Made by a program: the position numbers and the translations under genes. This document shows positions 50,230 through 64,000 of a stretch of DNA of 64,000 nucleotides, one piece after another. Position 1 is the stretch's first letter. Each line of letters starts with the position of its first letter. The DNA is from the human T2T-CHM13v2.0 reference genome, Homo sapiens. The notes beneath the pieces were generated by a model, which saw nothing but the letters and a program-made list of their open reading frames with translations, made no database searches and was not told where the DNA came from. The DNA lies in the NCBI RefSeq assembly GCF_009914755.1, contig NC_060944.1. One strand, 5' to 3'.

Positions 50230-50374
50230 TCTAAAGAGTTTCCTTCCACATTTTTGTTTTGAAAATTTTTAAACCTACAGAAAGTTGCAAAATAGTAAAA
50301 CAGATACAAATTTACTCCTCATCTAGATTCACCAATTATTAACGTTTTGCTCAATTTGTGCTTAGTTATCTATC

Positions 50375-50420
<46 letters not shown>

Positions 50421-50850
50421 ATCTTTCTTTCTTTCTCTCTCTCTCTCTTTCTCTAATCTTTTCTGAACCCATTTGAGATGCAGTTATGCACACATAACCT
50501 TTGATCTGCAGATGCTCTAAGACCAAGGATCTTTGCCTACACCAAAATCAGGAAATTTTGCATTGGAACAACACTGTTATCTAATATGGTATATATTCAA
50601 ATTTCCCCAGTTGTCCCAGTATGTGTCCTTAATAACCGTTTTCCTGTGTGTTTGCTCCAGGATCCAGCCCAGGTTCACACATTGCATTTGCTGACTTATC
50701 TCTTTAGCCTCCTCTATTCTAGAACAGTTCCTCAGCCCTTTCTTCCCCCATGGCATTGACAATTTTGAAAACCCCAGGCTGTTATTTTTGGAATGTTCCT
50801 CATTTTGGATTTGTCTGATTGTTTCCTCATGAGGAGGTTCAGATTAATAA
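50230..50850 (-). mobile_element. L1MC 3' end
   Basis: 'aaacctacagaaagttgcaa...attcaaatttccccagttgtccca...ttggatttgtctgattgtttcctcatga'. Confidence 0.75.
50367..50424. repeat. (TATC)n tetranucleotide STR
   Basis: tatc tatc atc (tatc)~10. Confidence 0.95.
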
Positions 50851-52874
50851 AAATTCAAAGCCCCTTTAAAGGCTTCAAACTGAATGAAATCTGCTCTCAA
50901 TTTGCTTCGACACCGGGGACGCTATTGCACAGGGGAATTGAGCCTGGATGGCATAGTCCACCTCTGGAACAGATTTCAGCTAAGCTGGGTAAGGCTGGTA
51001 GCTGAGTTGTCAGCCTAACACTCCAACAGAGCTGACAGGAACTGTAGATACCCCTGTTACACCCTGAGTTAAGTCTTTATTTCCAGTTCATCTCTGCAGT
51101 GGGCCTTCCCAACCCAGAGGTCTGCTCTGTTCCATGCAGACTGAGATTATCTTCCATGAGGAATCGCTGAGATATGAGAGGAGGCCCTGGGTGCCAGTGA
51201 GGTGGACTCGATGGCTGGCAGATGTTCACTGCACTGGCTGCTGGCACAGAGGCCAGCAAAGTGAAAATGCATGTGGAGTCCCAGTAGGCAAAAAGCAATT
51301 TCCTGAGCTGGGCCTTGGCCAGGAGGCTGCAGTTTTACGCTTCCCTGCATTCAATGGCTATGGGGAGGCTGACGGCAGGACTTGAGCCTGATGCTTCATT
51401 TCCCAAGGCCCAGCCTTCAGGAGCCCTCATGTCCTGCACAGGCAAGAGGCAGTTCTTCACCTCCTAAATGTGCAGGGCCTCAGCAGTGCTCCTTGGACGC
51501 TGCTCATGCTGATATTAACCAGCCCCAAATGCATGAACTCCCAGGAGGCTTGGGTTTCCTCATGAGGTGGCACAATTTAACTGTAGGCCTAGTCAAGTGG
51601 AATTTTTCACACATTTATTTCCCCTCTGAAGGGCTTGCATGTATAGCCACATTTCTCTCCATCTCTGAGAACGGCTCATGGGGAAGTGGGAAGCAGAAAT
51701 GGCTGCAGGGTTGCTTGTTTTGTTCCTGGCATTGGGGGTGTGGACTTTCCACTTCATCTCCCCTCTTCCTAGAGACAAGGCATGAGACACTGGCTTCACC
51801 ACGATGAGGCTGCTGAGACAGAAGCAGGAAAACAGGAAGGCCATGGGCTCCAGAGCCGGGTCCATTCACTGCTGTGCCTTCCCATGGTTTAACCTTTTCC
51901 AGCCTTAGTTTCCTGAACTGAAGAATGGGGATGACAACACTCACAGGGCTGCCAAGAGGATGGCTGTAGACACCCATACATGGATGCTGTAATGTCAGAC
52001 ACTCTAGAATGTCACTTGGTTCTTAGCCTGGGATCTGCTGAGAGTCCCTCAAAATTCTGGGAGTAGAATTCAAGAGAATAATATAATTGCACCTTTATTA
52101 ACACGGAAAGTGATGCACAGCTTAGCATTTCCTTCAATTCTGTGGACAACAACTCGTGGCAGTGTTAGTAGTACCTGTGACTGTCATCAATAGAAACCAT
52201 AGATATTTTCATATTACATTACAGTTTTATAGGCATTTCAAAACTTTATTTACACTCATCGTGACTTCAAAATCATGTTAACGTTTAGACATACAGCTAG
52301 ATCCTGCTATTTAGTGTGCCAATTAATAATCACAGATATTAGCATATCATAAATTTGTTGTAAGATATTTTGATAACTGTAGTTCAGTATAAGTGGTTTC
52401 CTTTGTACTCCTGTGTATTTTACTTAATGTGCTTACAAGCATTTTGAGAAGGGATTCAAGGGCTTTACCAGAAGTGTCCTGTGTTCAAAAAATGGTTCAG
52501 AACTGCTGCTCTAGCTACTCGGGCTTTGGGTAGTAACTTTCCTTTCTCAGGGGCTCTTGCTGGGTCCTGGCTGAAGACGTGAGGTGGCTTTCTTACTCAT
52601 AATTTCTTCCTTTGCTGCCCTTCTGAAAATGGAGATAGTCAGTGGGAAGGCAAGGGCCTTGAGGGGATCTGAACTGTTCCCCAGTGTCTTCAGATTGGTG
52701 GATGACAGACAGGCCTGCCAAGGGCAATCATATGTGCAACAGGACATGCATGAAGTATCAGAGTTGTTGCCCAGATTATACCAGAAAAGTAAAAAACAAA
52801 TTGAGCTGCAGGTCAAATTGAGGAAGCAATGACTCTCTTCTCTTCTGCAATGAGGCTGAGAATTAGAAATCCCT

Positions 52875-53189
<315 letters not shown>

Positions 53190-53459
53190 TCACAGTCACG
53201 AGCTAGGAGATCCAGGAATCTGCCTCTTGAATTCTGGGAAATAGGGATGTGAAGCTGGAGGCTCTAGTGAAGCCTCTCAGGCTACTTTCTCTTGGATGAC
53301 AGCTTTGACCAACAGACAGAGAAGTGCATGATCGCCAAACTACAAAGCTAGACTTGTGGGCCAACTTGTCATACGCAAATCCAACAGAATGTAGAGACAG
53401 GAGCTCCAGGAAGAAAAGCAAATAACTTCTAATCTGGACACGGGTCGAATCATGCCTTC

Positions 53460-53620
53460 TAATGGTGCAGCACTGGGCAAGTGGCTTCACCTCCTTGACC
53501 TTAGTATTCTCCTCTATAAAATGGGGGCATTGGGGATCATGTCTACCTCTGAGGATTTAATGACAGCATATAAATAGAGCCTGGCAAGTGGCAGAACCAT
53601 GATATATGTTCAGCATTGTT
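53460..53620 (+). mobile_element. MIR
   Basis: 'ctgggcaagtggcttcacctcc...ctataaaatgggg...gagcctggca'. Confidence 0.65.
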
Positions 53621-53722
53621 AGTTCTTGAGGTGGGTAACTGTTGTTTTTTCCCAACCAAACTCCATCTTCCTCTTGTTCTGGTGACAGTACCTGGACTTT
53701 CCTTTAGAAAATCACCTTCCTC

Positions 53723-55776
53723 AGTTCTGGCCAGGGCAATCAGCAAGAGAAAGAAATAAAGGGTATTCAATTAGGAAAAGAGGAAGTCAAATTGTCCCTG
53801 TTTGCAGATGACATGACTGTATATTTAGAAAATCCCATCGTCTCAGCCCAAAATCTCCTTAAGCTGATAAGCAACTTCAGCAAAGTCCCAGGATACAAAA
53901 TCAATGTGCAAATATCACAAGCATTTCTATACACAAATAACACACAAACAGAGAGCCAAATCATGAGTGAACTCCCATTCACAATTACTACAAAGAGAAC
54001 AAAATACTTAGGAATCCAACTTACAAGTGTTGTGAAGGACATCTTCAAGGAGAACTACAAACCACTGCTCAATGAAATAAAAGAAGGCACAAACAAATGG
54101 AAGAACATTCCATGCTCATGGATAGGAAGAATCAATATCGTGAAAATGGCCATATTGCCCAAAGTAATTTATAGATTCAATGGTATCCCTATCAAGCTAC
54201 CACTGACTTTCTTCACAGAATTGGAAAAAACTACTTTAAATTTCATATGGAACCAAAAAAGAGCCTGCATAATCGAGACAATCCTAAGCTGCCTCAGAAC
54301 AAAGCTGGAGGCATCACGATACCTGACTTCAAACAATATTACAAGGCTACCATACATTACATTAATATTGTAATATTACAATATTACAAGGCTACCATAA
54401 CCAAAACAACATGGTACTGGTACCAAAACAGATATATAGACCAATGGAACAGAAGAGAGGCCTCAGAAATAACACCACACATCTACAACCATCTGATCTT
54501 TGACAAACCTGACAAAAACAAGCAATGGGGAAAGGATTCCCTATTTAATAAATGGTGTTGGGAAAATTGGCTAGCCATATGTAGAAAGCTGAAACTGGAT
54601 CCCTTCCTTACACCTTATACAAAAATTAACTAAAGATAGACTAAAGACTTAAATGTAAGACCTAAAACCATAAAAACTCTAGAAGAAAACCTAGGCAATA
54701 CCATTCAGGACATAGGCATAGGCAAAGACTTCATGACTAAAACACCAAAAACAATGGAAACAAAAGCCAAAATAGACAAATGGGATCTAATTAAACTAAA
54801 GAGTTTCTGCACAGCAAAAGAAACTATTATCAGAGTGAATAGGCAGCCTACAGAATGGGAGAAAATTTTTGCAATCTATCTATCTGACAAAGGGCTAACA
54901 TCCAGAATCTACAAGAACTTAAACAAATTTATAAGAAAGAAACAACCCCATCAACATGTGGACAAAGGATATGAACAGACACTTCTCAAAAGAAGACATT
55001 TATGCAGCCAACAGGCATATGAAAAGATGCTCATCATCACTGGTCATCAGAGAAATGCAAATCAAAACCACAATGAAGTACCATCTCACGCCAGTTAGAA
55101 TGGCGATCATTAAAAAGTTAGGAAACAACAAATGCTAGAAGGGATGTAGAGAAATAGGAACACTTTTACAGTGTTAGTGGGAGAGTAAATTAGTTCAACC
55201 ATTGTGGAAGACAGTGTGGATTCCTCAAGGATCTAGAACTAGAAATACCATTTGACCGAGTAATCCCATTACTAAGTATATACCCAAAGGAATATAAATC
55301 ATGCTACTATAAAGACACATGCACAGGTATGTTTATTGTGGCACTATTCATAATAGCAAAGACTTGGAACTAACCCAAATGTCCATCAATAATAGACTGG
55401 ATAAATAAAAGGTGGCACATATACACCATGGAATACTATGCCACCATAAAAAAGGAAGAGTTCATGTCCTTTGCAGGGACATGGATGAAGGTGGAAACCA
55501 TCATTCTCAGCAAAATATCACAAGGACAGAAAACCAAACACCGCATGTTCTCACTCATAAGCGGGAGTTGAACAATGAGAACACATGGACACAGGGAGTG
55601 GAACATCACACACAGGTGTGGGGGGAGGGGGGAGGGATAGCATTATGAGATATATCTAATGTAAATAATGAGTTGATGGGTGCAGCAAACCAACATGGCA
55701 CATGTATACTTGTGTAGCAAACCTTCACGTTGTGTACATGTACGCTAGAACTTAAAGTATAATAATAATAATAAAA
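53723..55776 (+). mobile_element. L1PA, 5'-truncated (~2 kb), disrupted ORF2 RT/C-terminal region
   Basis: ORF 53792-54373 '[14 protein letters not shown]...KYLGIQLT' (L1 RT); frameshifted downstream pieces; 3'UTR and tail; 17-bp TSD agaaaatcac(c/t)ttcctc at 53706-53722 and 55777-55793. Confidence 0.97.
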
Positions 55777-55793
55777 AGAAAATCACTTTCCTC

Positions 55794-56210
55794 TATGTGT
55801 TTTATGTGGAACCAATGCTGCCTAAATCCTGCAGTGCATACGCAAGTTGGTGTTGGCCAACCAGAGCATCCTTACTGCTCTACACCATGATAGATTTAGG
55901 GTTGGCCCATCATCAGGCCAGATTCGTGAGAACTCCATCCTAGACTTATACTAGAACCGTCAAGGAAAAATAGTCCTCCTTGCACTGAGGCCACTAATCC
56001 TGGCACTGCAGACATCATTCTCAGCCCTCTAAGGATACAACCCCCCTAAGAAAGCAGAACTGAGAGATGGAGATGGCATCATTTGAGCTCCTGGTGCCTG
56101 AAGCTAGAAGACTGCTGGAATTTTTAGTTAAGTGAGCAATATATCTCCTATTTCTTTGAGCTAATATAAGTTTGGCTTCTGCCCTTTACAGTTACAAGAG
56201 CATTGCATAA
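55794..56210 (+). mobile_element. Old MLT1-like LTR (host of the L1PA insertion)
   Basis: 'gaactgagagatggag...catcatttgagctcctgg...cctgaagctag...tagttaagtgagcaat'. Confidence 0.5.
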
Positions 56211-56589
56211 TTCCATTCATTTTTGTCTCCCTCTCTATGGAAAGAGTGGCTAGGATGGGTTAAAACCGGTAGTCAAGAGGACAAGTAGCAGAGGTGAGGA
56301 CCAAGGGGATGAACTAGGGGATTCTTCCTCCACCCCCAGAGATAAGAAGGCGGGCTCGGAAAGCTGCGGTATTCACCGCCACTCCTGCCTGTCTGTGGCT
56401 GAGTGTCTCACTAGGGGTAACTCCCCAGCACTTCCAGGGAGAATGCCCTGATGCAGTGATTCCGGAAGCCAAGAATAAGCACAGGGACAGTTCCCGGTGG
56501 GAGATGTGGCAGGCCTGGCAGAGACTGGCTCAGAGGTCACAGCACTGTCCAACTCTGCTTCATCTCTCTCTTAAAAAACCCAAACAAAC

Positions 56590-57160
56590 AACACTTTATT
56601 GAGGGATGATTAACATACAATAATCTATATATATGTTATTAAAAGTTTTTATTTTTGATTTTCATGGGTACAAGGTTGTACATATTTAATGCATGCAACT
56701 TGGTATGTGTGGAGATAAGTATGCAAGGTGAAACCATCACCACAATCAAGGCCATAACCATATCTATCACCTCCCAAATTGTCCTTGTCCCCTTTTTATT
56801 TATTTGTTTTTGTGATAAGAACACATAACACAAGATCTATCCTCTTAACGAATTTTTAAGTACACAATACAGTATTGCTGGCTATGGACACTCTGATGTA
56901 CAGTAACTCTTTAGGACTTACTCATCTTTATAACCAAAACCTTGTGCCCTTTGACTAATACCTTTCTCTTTTCCCCTCCCCTCAGATCCTGGCAACCATC
57001 ACTCTACTCTTTGCTTCTGAGTTTAATTATTTTAGATTCCTCATGAAAGTGGTATCTTGCAGTAATTTTCCTTCTGTATCTGGCTTATTTCACTTAGCGT
57101 GGTGTCCTCCAGGTTCCTTCATGTTGCTGCGAAGGCAGGATTTCCTCCTTTGTTAAGGCT
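56590..57160 (-). mobile_element. L1MA/MB 3' end
   Basis: 'gaaaccatcaccacaatcaag...aagatctatcctcttaac...tggcttatttcacttagc'. Confidence 0.8.
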
Positions 57161-57989
57161 CTTTTGTATGCATCCGTTACATACTCATACTCTGCTTCGT
57201 CTCTTGAATGCTGCCTCCCAAGATGCTCATTTTATGCATGCCCTCTTCCCTCAATCATGCATCTTCTCTTTGCCCACTTCTCTTAAAGTATAAATCTCTC
57301 TCGTCCCCATCAAAACTTGGCTATTTGGTGTTCCAGTCTGCTAACATTCAGCTAGCCAAGGTAGCACTTTGTAATAAACCAGGGGTTCCAACCACACACC
57401 AGATTTTATATTGAATGACCCTAATGCTTAAAATGGATAAAAGTGGAGCTGCTTGTCGGAGGGCCAGCAGGCTCCACGTCCTGTGTGCATGGCCTCACTG
57501 GCCTGCTGTGTGCTGGTCTGGAGGTGCCCTTCGGTATGGTAGCATCCTTATTGCAAGTGAGAAACTAGTCTCCTCTGAATCTTTGATTTCAAAAGAAATA
57601 AATTTGGAGCCTTTTTAGATGGGTCGGAGAAGAAAACGAAGGTGAGAAAAGTCAACCAAAGCATGAACATTCCCTGGCAAACTCACAGCAGGGTGTGGTT
57701 TGGAGCCAGCCTTGAACCCTGCATGCTTCCAAAATGGCACCTCCTCTCAGGTTTTGTCTTCACAGGCTCCTGGTGGAGCCCAACGTTTCATGGGAATTGG
57801 CTACACTTGGAGAGCCACAAGCATGTGCCATGTGCCCAGCATTAACTGTCATTATCTCCTTGAATCTGAACAATGCTCCAAGTAGCATTGTTAATGCCAT
57901 TGTGCAGATAAAGACTTTGATCCTCCATATGGACAGTGGAATAATGAGGCCTATCTTGTTCTCTCTTCTGTTAAGGTCTGTGTTAGCTT

Positions 57990-58481
57990 GTCTTAGAGAT
58001 GGTGCCTACAGTCCTCCTCTCCACATAGGCTTTTATCATTCTTCCTGTTGATAGGTGGAATCTGTTTCCTGCTCCCTGAATCTGGGCGAGCCTGTGACTT
58101 GCTTTGATCAGTAGAATGAAGCAGAAGTGACACTGTGTCAATTCCAGGCCTAGTGGTTGAGAGATCTGGGAGTTTCTGTGTTGGCCCTCCTGGAAGTGGG
58201 CTGCTGTGCTATAAGAACATCCATGCTATCCTGGTAGAGTGATGCCATGGGAAGAGGCCCTGGGGGATGAGTCAATATGTGGAGGAAGAGGGCACCCAGC
58301 AGCACATGCAGGTGCAGATACCTGACAGAAGCTGTCTGGGAGGCTCTAGTCCCACCCAGATGAACACAGGTGTGGCCACAGCTGACATGGTGTAGCTTTA
58401 ATAGCTTGTTTTAGTTTAATAATAAATTGTTTCAAGCTGCTACATTTTGAGGTGGTTTTTTATGCAGCAATAAATAACTGT
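57990..58481 (+). mobile_element. MLT1 MaLR LTR
   Basis: 'aggtggaatctgtttcc...tgaatctgggc...gcagaagtgacactgtgtca...tatgcagcaataaataactg'. Confidence 0.7.
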
Positions 58482-58496
58482 AAGAGTTTGCCTCTC

Positions 58497-58564
58497 CGGA
58501 GCTTGCAGTGAGCCAAGATCCCACCACTGCACTCCAGCCTGGGCGACAGAGCGAGACTCCGTAT

Positions 58565-58593
<29 letters not shown>
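58497..58593 (+). mobile_element. 5'-truncated AluY-lineage insertion
   Basis: 'cggagcttgcagtgagc' (Y-diagnostic), ~30-nt pure A tail, perfect 15-bp TSD aagagtttgcctctc (58482-58496, 58594-58608). Confidence 0.95.
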
Positions 58594-58599
<6 letters not shown>

Positions 58600-59829
58600 T
58601 TTGCCTCTCTTTTCACTGAAAATTAACTTCTTGTGGCAAATGGTCAGCTCTGATGTTTTTCAAAATTAGGAACAATTGAGCTATATTCTTCCTGGAGCAA
58701 TGGCAGACAACGAATTGGAACCAGGAAAAGCCCAACTTTAAACCCTGGCTTCCTGAGAAAATCAGCATCAACTTCACTCCCTGCAGTCCATTCTAGCCAG
58801 ATTTTGTTTGGTAGTGGCGGTGGTCTGAGCTCATAGCCAGGAAATTTGAATGCAAAAATTTCCACTTTTGGTGGGTTGTGACACAGTCTACATTCTACTT
58901 TGGGAAATACTTGTGTTTTCCAAGGATAGCTTAGTTTATCATGTGAGATTCTGCTTCAGTGGCCATCCTTATGCTGATACTATGTGAAGAGACAGGATTG
59001 TCTTTCATCTTAGAAAGATCTAGATGACGTTTTTGCTTTGCTAAGGGGTGGGATTTTAGGCCCTGGCAAAGGCAGGTAACCTAACAGATGCCTCATGGAT
59101 AAAAATTCTGCAGAAGCAAGGTGCTTGGGAAGGTGGGCCTGGAATAGTAGTTTTTCTCTGAATGTGGGGTAGTTCATCTCTCTATGTCAATTTTTATTGG
59201 GTAGGGCTTGCCTGCCTTTATGTTTTTAAAACAAATGTTGGTTCTATATTTGAACTCCCTGAGCCAACTTTGATGAGGGGCAGGAAGACAGAGCCAAGAT
59301 GGCAAAAGCATTCTGCAGGCATCGATTCCCTACATGGTGGCTTCTCATGTGATCATTTTCCAGCCCCTGGAAGCCTTTTGGGAACTCGGAAGCACTTATC
59401 CTCAGACATGTGGCTCATTCTTGTTTCCTCCAGGAGCCAATAGGTGGTAGCAACGGGCCAGCAAAGAAGCACCTGCTAAGGTGGGTGGTTCAGCCTAGCT
59501 GTCAAGGCGATAGAAGCAGCTATGTGGTTTAAGTCAAAGAATACCTCTAGAGAAGAACTTTAAGTCTGAATGTATGTGATGCAGACACTAGCTTCTCAAA
59601 ACAGCCTGGCTTAGCACAGACTCCATCTTCCAAGGATTTTTCATCTCTCTGAATATCTCTCTAGAATATCTATCTACCTTCTTGGCAGATGGGAGTAGCC
59701 AGGCACATTGGGAGTAGCCAGGCTGCATCTGAGCACCTGCCAAATGGTGTGCAGCCTTTGGGGGCTGTGAACACATGCCAGTTGTGCTCCTTTCCCTGGT
59801 AGGGCCTGACCATACCCTGGGCATGTGGT

Positions 59830-60060
59830 CCAAGCCCAGAAAGGTGCGGGGAGGCACAAAGATGCAAACAGCTGGATGGGCAAACACAGGCACAAACATC
59901 CCATGAGCACTGACTGTGGGGATATGTGGAGGCTGTGAGGATGAGAAAGACATGATGGAAGGATGATGAGGCAGGGATTGGCATGAGGCTGGGCTGCTCA
60001 AGGAAGGTTTGGTGAAGATGTGGAGTTTGGGAAGAATTTGGAAGAAGGAACCCAACTTGG
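59830..60060 (-). mobile_element. L2 fragment
   Basis: 'tcaaggaaggtttggtgaagatgtggagtttgggaagaatttggaagaagg'. Confidence 0.45.
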
Positions 60061-61239
60061 TGGGGAAAAAATACTGTGGAGGTGGAGGAAGCATCGGAGG
60101 AGCTGCTGTGATGGACTTTGATTGGTTCAGCCGATGAGAAGTCTCGGGCCAAAGCAGCTGTTGACTAGGGGGGTACCTGGGAGCTGATGGTGAGAAACAT
60201 TAGTGTGCGGATTCCTGTGCACCAGGTTATGGCCCATCGGCGGGGGCAGCCGCGTCAGTGTGGATAATATGAATGTCATCAGCAAACCAGATTCAGAGGC
60301 ACTCACAAAGCTTGACTTGCCTGACACCTTTTATCCCACATTCCTGTTGTCGAATAAATATCTTTCAGGCCTTCAGAACTTTCTAGACTCAAGTCTTTAT
60401 TAGAAAAGGTGGCATCATAAAGAGTCTATCACAGTCTCTAGGGGGCCTCCTGTAGCTCCGCTGACCCCTATTACTGCAGGTGTTCCGTACATCTTCTATT
60501 TGGTGTGATTTACACAGACTCACAAGGTGAAGAACCCCACTGGGATAAAAAGACCAGAGATGTCCCAACTTGGGGGCAATGATTTGCTTTTTAAGAACAA
60601 TGTCTTTCAAATGTTATTGACCACAAGTTATACAAAAAAATACATTTTTACCATATAACCCGGTATACACATTTTAATGTGCAATTCGTAATTGAAATTA
60701 AAAGTTCATTAAACAATTTTCACTTTGTATTATATCTTTTTTATTTTTTAAAAAGCTGACAGTGACACACTAAATGGATCTGATAACCCCAGCAGTTTTC
60801 TTTTTACAGTTTGTATCTTTCTTTCCAACCAAGATACCTCTGGGTTGACTTCTAAAAACAGATGCTCTCACTTCTTCAGAGACCGCCATTAACCTGCTTC
60901 TTGTGATCACTTGACTGGGTACTGGGCAGAAGTTTGTCTTCTCGATAAGAAAGAGCAGTGCTCAGCAGATTGAGAGAACAAATTGTAGAACTTAAGACAA
61001 AAACAGTGACAGAAAGCCTAGAAGCAAGGATTTGATTTATTCACATAGAGTTGATGTGATTATGTGTTTAGCATGTAATTGCCTTGGTTGCTTTCTTTGG
61101 GAGCGTTTCTCCCCCATCCCCCACCTGTATTTTAAAAACCTTAGGGTCAAGGAGCAGGCAGTATAGCCTAAAATAGGCTTGTGGTACCAATGTCATGAAC
61201 CCTTCCTAAGGGACGTGAGTTTGCAGCTCCTAGTGTCTT

Positions 61240-61480
61240 TCTGGGCATTGTGCAGCAAAATAGTTAAAAAGCCAGAACTCCAGCTTTCCAACACTGAGCA
61301 TGGATCCCAGCTCCTCCATGTCTTTTCTGTGTGAACTTGTATAACTTCAACTGTCTGTGCCTCAGTTTCTTTACCTGCATGGGGCAATAATCACAGTACC
61401 TACACCACAGGGTTACTGAAAAGACCAGAGGAGAGAATGCTGTAACATGAGCTCAGTGCTGGGGACATGTGAGTGTCACC
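61240..61480 (+). mobile_element. MIR
   Basis: 'ctgtgcctcagtttctttacctgcatggggcaataatcacagtacctac'. Confidence 0.8.
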
Positions 61481-62232
61481 TGTTGGTATCTGATAGGGCT
61501 CCCTGAGGCTTCCTGTTAGACAATATCTTTTTACCAGCCTACTTCCAGCAATAGGCTGGAAGTGATAATAAAAGCATATTCCTTTCTTTAAAAAACCCTA
61601 TAAACCTAAACTTTTAATAAATTCTGATAGGCCTTTCCATCAATAGACTGGCTTTTCGAGTCTCATAAGATAAGCTAATTTTTGGAAAAGTTTTGCTTGT
61701 TAATATCTCACAGCCAACCCAGAGTCAGTAAAATCAACAGAGAAATGAAATACAGGCAGGTTAACAAGTTTCAGCAATGTGTCACAGTGGAACCCTTTAA
61801 AAAATACTGACCAGGCTACAGTGTCAGTAAGATTCCAAATTATTGTCTAATAGTCATCACTTTCTTGAACTACATAGGAATGGACTAGATAAAAAAAATA
61901 CACTTAGAAAATCAACATAGTTTTACTCATAAGAGATTGCATGAAAGAACTTACCTTGAGATGTTCATGGCAAGCAACATGATTCCATATACTGACAAAT
62001 TTTATTTTTCCATTTGTGGCATTTTCTCCCCTAATAACTGCTCTGTTGTGACCATGGGAATGTCAGGTATATAAAAATACCCAAATAATGAGCCCTCTCC
62101 TAAAATGATAAAGAAAACCAATTTTTTTATTTCTCCTTGTCCTCTCCAGCCCAGCTTCATACTGACCTTAAAACTTTGGGCAATAAACCTGTCATATAGT
62201 GTTGCGTGCTTGGTTCCATCAGCATTTTTTGG

Positions 62233-62257
62233 TGTGTGTGTGTGTGTGTGTGTGTGT
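62233..62257. repeat. (TG)12 microsatellite
   Basis: Short perfect TG run. Confidence 0.9.
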
Positions 62258-62779
62258 TAGCCAAAACAAACAGCGTATTGTCTACTACGAACATGCAAGG
62301 ACAAGTTTTTTGGAGGAGCTTGGGTAAGCGTTGTGCAGGGACTTAAATTTCGGCTTCATGTGCATGACGGTTGAAGGCTCCCTTGTCAGTCAGCCTGGGG
62401 CAGCACAGGAAGGGGGAAGAAGGTGAGAGAAGGAAAGCAGTTGTCTCCTAGGAATACAATGAAAGGTGGGGCTGAGGGGAAAGAAAGGAGAAGGAAAGAC
62501 ATACAGGAGGCCTCTCTGACCTAACAGGACACCAGTAATCCGTGTTGCTTTCCAAGATCCCTGGGATTAGCACAAACACAATTGATGCGTATTCCGCAGG
62601 TGCCTAGTATGGAGGCTTCCTCAGGCTACCTGAGAGGAATAATTTTCCTCTTGTGAGATGCTCTGTCTAAATCCACTTTGATTATTTTTCTGGGGTTCGC
62701 TGTGGTTGCATTAAGATTTCTAAGGTAGGAGGCATTATTGTTTCTTCTCTCTGTCTTGCACCTGCTAAAGGTGATCAGT

Positions 62780-63215
62780 CACTTCCTATCTGGAAAACCT
62801 AACCTTCCACCCCATCGTCACCCTAGCCCAGGCCCATATCCTTCCTTAGCTAGATAATGGCAGTGGTCTTGTCTCCTATACCTGTTTCCTGTGTCACCTT
62901 TTCAACTTGTTCTCCCTCTTGGAATCATAATCATCCTTCTAAAATGAAACGCTGACCATGTTATTGTTGTAAGCTCATGGACATCCACTGCCTTCACAGT
63001 GATATTCTAACTCCTTAGCATGGCGTGCGAGACCTTTCACCATCTGACTAGCCCTGCTCACTTATCTCAGGAGCACTTACCTTGCTACAACATAGACACC
63101 TATTCTCTATGAGTCCATACTTCAATTCCTTTGTAGGTGTTATCTTCTCTTCTGAGAAGGTAACCTGCTCCCCATCCCTGACTCATTCCATGTTGTTCTG
63201 TGACAAACTCCTACT
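62780..63215 (+). mobile_element. L2 fragment
   Basis: 'atccttctaaaatgaaacgctgaccatg...ctaactccttagcatggcgtgcgagacctttcaccatctg'. Confidence 0.6.
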
Positions 63216-63234
63216 TATAAACATTAATCACAAA

Positions 63235-64000
<766 letters not shown>

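Noticed and set aside
53792-55138. Reverse-transcriptase-like ORFs as a functional gene
   Set aside because: They are frameshifted, 5'-truncated LINE-1 ORF2 remnants bounded by a TSD.

Overview
This is 64 kb of primate, human-like, non-coding genomic DNA (intergenic or deep intronic). I find no supportable protein-coding gene, tRNA, rRNA or CRISPR array. The only ORFs I recognise as protein-like are broken LINE-1 ORF2 remnants (e.g. 53792-54373 with the RT 'LFADD' motif) and a CR1/L3 fragment. Much of the window is interspersed repeat: about 13 Alu/FAM/FLAM copies, L1PA/L1MA/old L1M pieces, L2, MIR, MaLR (MST/MLT1) and ERV1/ERVL solo LTRs, and hAT/Tigger MITEs (MER20, MER3, MER1B, MER44, MER47). 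There are also micro- and minisatellites. Unique stretches include a small CpG-rich patch (~26.85-27.4 kb) and several enhancer-like motif clusters. I cannot support a novel biological system here. The most interesting signals are mutational and structural: two locally templated insertions into one old L1, a template-switch hairpin inside an Alu, a palindromic templated insertion in an L1PA, a young 5'-truncated AluY with a perfect TSD, a zero-spacer inverted nested Alu, an LTR inside an Alu monomer with a CpG-decayed TSD, an NR5A/ONECUT-like motif cluster, and a possible microexon or recursive splice site. Repeat subfamily names come from recalled consensus sequences, and boundaries of old repeats are approximate.
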